Shown here piece after piece: positions 60,789-64,000 of a stretch of 64,000 nt of DNA. Source of the DNA: Bdellovibrionota bacterium. Its GTDB lineage: Bacteria > Bdellovibrionota_C > UBA2361 > JAAYZI01. Location: contig JBMNIF010000002.1 in the NCBI GenBank assembly GCA_050950765.1, positions 960,001 to 1,024,000 of the forward strand, in the 5' to 3' direction. The notes below the pieces were generated by a model, which saw only the letters and a program-made list of their open reading frames with translations, made no database searches and was not told the origin of the DNA. Position 1 is the first letter of the stretch. Each line of letters starts with the position of its first letter. A program made the position numbers and the translations under genes.

Positions 60789-61690
60789 GAAGCGTAGGAC
60801 TGTTTCTTATTTCAGCGTGTATTGCGGTAGGGCTTTTTTATTTTGTGCATAGTCAAAGTAATAATGTGCAAAGGGTTTTGTTGATGCCCGTAGAAATTCA
60901 CAATAAGCCGCATGATAAGGTGGTTGTGATGCAGCCTGAATCAAGGCAGGTGCAGGTGACGGTGCAAGGACCATCATTTTTAGTAGCAGATGTGGCGGTT
61001 TCAAACCATAGTGTGAAGATGATCTTACCGAAGGATGTTAGTGATGGTTATAGCATGACGTTAAAAGAGAGTATGCTTGATCTCCCTTCGGCAGTGGAGG
61101 TGTTAAACTTTGAGCCGAAAAATATAACGGTTAAAATTGAGGATGTTCAGACCAAACGGGTTAAAGTTTTTGTGCCACGTATCGGTAAGATTAAAGACCG
61201 TTATCAGATAGTATCGTTTAAGACCGTTCCTGAGGAGGTCACTTTAGAGGGGGCTGCTAGTGAAATTGCAGATGTTTCGTATGTTCATACGGAGCCTTTA
61301 AATATGTGGAACATAGAGGAGGATCTGACTTTAAATCTTCCGTTAGCTGATAAGTGGCGAAATGCGCAGATGAAGCCTGCTGAAGTTGTGGTGATGGTTA
61401 AAATTGCTCCGGAGCAGGGAACTCGTGTTTTTGAAAAAGTTGAGATTGAGGTACGATCGAGACGACCCCGAAAAGTTACGGTAGAACCTGCTTCTGTTTG
61501 GGTGAAAGTTTTAGGGCCGAAGGATGTTGTGCAGGCGATGAAAGATAATGATATTACCGCCTATGTTAGGTTGGGGGATGCACCCAATAAAACCTCGAGT
61601 AAAGTTAGGTTTGATCTTCCGCAAGGGGTTTCAGCGATCGGCTGGGAGCCGACGACGGTTAATATCATTCAAACAGGTGATGTGCCGTAA
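60785..61690 (+). CDS. cdaR: CdaR/YbbR-domain protein
   Basis: TM anchor plus repeated P..V.V.V.GP (YbbR) units, between cdaA and glmM. Confidence 0.85.
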   Translation: MRSVGLFLISACIAVGLFYFVHSQSNNVQRVLLMPVEIHNKPHDKVVVMQPESRQVQVTVQGPSFLVADVAVSNHSVKMILPKDVSDGYSMTLKESMLDLPSAVEVLNFEPKNITVKIEDVQTKRVKVFVPRIGKIKDRYQIVSFKTVPEEVTLEGAASEIADVSYVHTEPLNMWNIEEDLTLNLPLADKWRNAQMKPAEVVVMVKIAPEQGTRVFEKVEIEVRSRRPRKVTVEPASVWVKVLGPKDVVQAMKDNDITAYVRLGDAPNKTSSKVRFDLPQGVSAIGWEPTTVNIIQTGDVP

Positions 61691-61743
61691 GTGTAGATCA
61701 TTAAGAGGCGATACTGTTTTTTATGTGCTGAAAGGAGCTGCTC

Positions 61744-63114
61744 ATGGTGCAGGAGTGTAGTGTAAGGAAGTATTTCGGGACGGATGGGATCCGTTGTGTG
61801 GCGGGTGTCTCTCCCCTTGATCCGGAAAGTTTAGTCCGTTTAGGACGAGCTGTTGGGGAGGTTTTCTTAAATAATCATGGGAAACGCACCGTTATTATCG
61901 GTAAAGATACCAGATTGTCGGGATATATGATTGAGAATGCTTTGGTAGCTGGTATCACTTCAGTTGGTGCTAATGTTAGGTTAACAGGGCCGTTACCAAC
62001 AGCAGGTTTATCGTATCTTACACGGAGTATGCGTTCTGATGCTGGTATAATGATTTCAGCTTCGCACAACCCTTATGAAGATAATGGGATTAAGATCTTT
62101 GCTTCTGATGGTTATAAGTTGCCTGATGAGGTGGAGTTAAAGATAGAGTCATTGATGCAGCTCGGTGCTTTGGACGGCAAGGTGGCAGATCCAGCGGATA
62201 TCGGAAAAGCCTTCCGCCTAGATGATGCTGTGGGTAGGTACACGGTCTATTTGAAAAATTGTTTTCCGAGAGAGCTCTCTTTAGATGGATTAAGGATCGG
62301 TTTGGATTGCGCCAATGGTGCTGCTTATGTTGTAGCACCCCAAGTTTTTGAGGAGTTGGGGGCTGAAGTTGTCTCTCGTGGAATAAGCCCGAACGGTCGT
62401 AATATCAACGCCGGATTTGGTAGCTTATACCCCGAAATAGTGAGAAAATTAGTTGTTGAGCAGAACTTACATCTAGGAATTTCATTAGATGGTGATGCAG
62501 ATAGGGTGATCTTTTCTGATGAAAAAGGGAATGTTCTTGATGGAGATATGATTATCGCGATCTGCGCTGTTTACCTGAAAGAGCACGGACTTCTACCAAA
62601 AAATCAGATCGTGGCAACCGTCATGTCTAACTTAGGTTTAGAGAAGTTTTTAGGACAGCACGGCATCTCCGTTATCAGGTCTCAAGTGGGGGATCGTTAT
62701 GTTTTAGAAGAGATGCGTAAGGAGCAGATCGCTCTTGGCGGAGAGCAATCTGGACACGTTATCTTTGCTGATAGCTCCACAACGGGTGACGGTATCTTAA
62801 CAGCTTTGAAGGTCTTGGAGATAATGGTTCGTAGCGGTAAAACGGTTTCAGAGTTGACAGCTGGGTATCAGAAGTTTCCGCAAAAGTTGATAAGTATAAA
62901 AGTTTCTCAAAAACCTCTCCTCTCTACACTCCCTGAGGTTTGCGAAGCGATTAAAAAAGTTGAAGATGAATTGAAAGAGGGCGGACGTGTTTTAGTTAGG
63001 TACTCGGGCACGGAGAATAAAGCGCGTGTTATGGTTGAATGTGAGAGTGAAGATCGTTGTCAAAAATATGCTGCTGATCTAGCAGAGGTGCTGGAAAAAA
63101 CTATCGGTGAATAA
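61744..63114 (+). CDS. glmM: Phosphoglucosamine mutase
   Basis: Motifs FGTDGIR, GKDTRLSG, SASHNP, DGDADR, GGEQSGH, RYSGTE. Confidence 0.96.
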   Translation: MVQECSVRKYFGTDGIRCVAGVSPLDPESLVRLGRAVGEVFLNNHGKRTVIIGKDTRLSGYMIENALVAGITSVGANVRLTGPLPTAGLSYLTRSMRSDAGIMISASHNPYEDNGIKIFASDGYKLPDEVELKIESLMQLGALDGKVADPADIGKAFRLDDAVGRYTVYLKNCFPRELSLDGLRIGLDCANGAAYVVAPQVFEELGAEVVSRGISPNGRNINAGFGSLYPEIVRKLVVEQNLHLGISLDGDADRVIFSDEKGNVLDGDMIIAICAVYLKEHGLLPKNQIVATVMSNLGLEKFLGQHGISVIRSQVGDRYVLEEMRKEQIALGGEQSGHVIFADSSTTGDGILTALKVLEIMVRSGKTVSELTAGYQKFPQKLISIKVSQKPLLSTLPEVCEAIKKVEDELKEGGRVLVRYSGTENKARVMVECESEDRCQKYAADLAEVLEKTIGE

Positions 63115-63350
63115 CAAGGATTTTTTTACCGTTATTATGATCTGCTTGAGTATATATTCGGAGAGCGGAGAGGAAAAAAGTTAGTGGTGAATAACAAGGA
63201 TTTTTTTACCGTTATTATGATCTCCTTGAGTATGTATTCAGAGAGTGGAGAGGAAAAAAGTATCGGTGAATGATGAGATAGCAAGAAATTTTTTACCGTT
63301 ATTATGATTTAGTTGGGTATGTTTTTAGAGAGGAAAAAAGTTAGTGGTGA
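63102..63350. repeat. Tandem repeat, about 80 bp x3, including the glmM 3' end
   Basis: GGTGA at 63106, 63186, 63265 and 63346; TTTTTTACCGTTATTATGAT and GAGAGGAAAAAAG in each unit. Confidence 0.9.
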
Positions 63351-63459
63351 GTGGTAAGGGGGGCTCTTTAAGTTAAGTGTTTGTGTTATCGGCTGAATTG
63401 ATATGTTGTTACGGCAACGTTTAAAAAGTTGTACTCTTTTTGATGTTTGGAATGCGGAG

Positions 63460-64000
63460 ATGTTTTGTGATCTCTTACCGTCGCAGCAGCAGATGGCGTT
63501 CCTTGATGAAAAAACTATTGCAAGTGGAGTCTCTGCAACGGAGTTGATGGAGCGTGCGGGGCAAGGTGTTTTTAATGTTATTGCTGAAAAGTTTGCAGAT
63601 AAGCGTAAAGTTTGTCTCTTAGTTGGATCGGGTAATAACGGCGGAGACGGTTTAGTTGTTGCGCGTTTAATGTTGCAAGGTGGATTAGTGCCGGAAGTTT
63701 TAATTGCACCTTCTACGAACTACTCCCCCGATATGCGTTTACAGTTGGATAGGTATCTTAAGTGTGGGGGGAGAGCGTTTATTTATGCAGACCGTAACGT
63801 TGCTTCTGTTTTACATTTAGAAAGTTTGGAAAGGGCTGCAGCTAAAGAGATCTTAAACTCTTCAGAGGTGATTATTGATGCGCTTTTAGGCACGGGACAA
63901 CGTAGTGCGCCGAGAGGTGGAGTGGGAAGTATCCTTGCAGACCTTTTTCCTTGCACGACAACGGCTCCTATCATCTCCATAGATCTTCCAAGTGGTATAA
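63460..64000 (+). CDS. nnrE: NAD(P)H-hydrate epimerase (YjeF N-terminal), truncated by the window end
   Basis: Hand translation gives LMERAG, GSGNNGGDG, IIDALLGTG and ISIDLPSG. An alternative in-frame ATG lies at 63403. Confidence 0.9.
   Translation, partial: MFCDLLPSQQQMAFLDEKTIASGVSATELMERAGQGVFNVIAEKFADKRKVCLLVGSGNNGGDGLVVARLMLQGGLVPEVLIAPSTNYSPDMRLQLDRYLKCGGRAFIYADRNVASVLHLESLERAAAKEILNSSEVIIDALLGTGQRSAPRGGVGSILADLFPCTTTAPIISIDLPSGI

Noticed and set aside
63783..63980. 65 aa minus-strand ORF
   Set aside because: Antisense to the truncated nnrE gene on the plus strand.

Overview
A 64 kb chromosomal window from a low-GC diderm bacterium. Gene order (tilS-ftsH-cdaA-cdaR-glmM, miaB-DUF151) looks deltaproteobacterial or Bdellovibrionota-like, which is an inference. 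It is mostly housekeeping: a truncated IS1634-like transposase at the left edge, two tRNA-Arg genes (UCG, CCG), an incomplete dcw cluster, aspS, type 2 ileS, pfkA, glgP, alr, thiL, miaB, tilS, ftsH, a c-di-AMP module, glmM, a small surface-polysaccharide cassette and ribosomal protein bTHX, which the ORF track misses. The main oddities are: (1) two mosaic repeat arrays flanking aspS, built from a GGGTGGCACC core and shuffled linkers, one linker carrying a perfect IHF consensus; (2) at least five unrelated intergenic tandem repeats that all have a period of about 79-84 bp, most overlapping a gene's stop codon; (3) a dcw cluster with intact ftsI, mraY, ftsW and murG but no murE or murD, and a MurF lacking its P-loop; (4) other intact ORFs with altered key motifs (Rieske, zincin, IleRS HIGH motif). 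No CRISPR-Cas, prophage or rRNA was seen. All counts are by hand.
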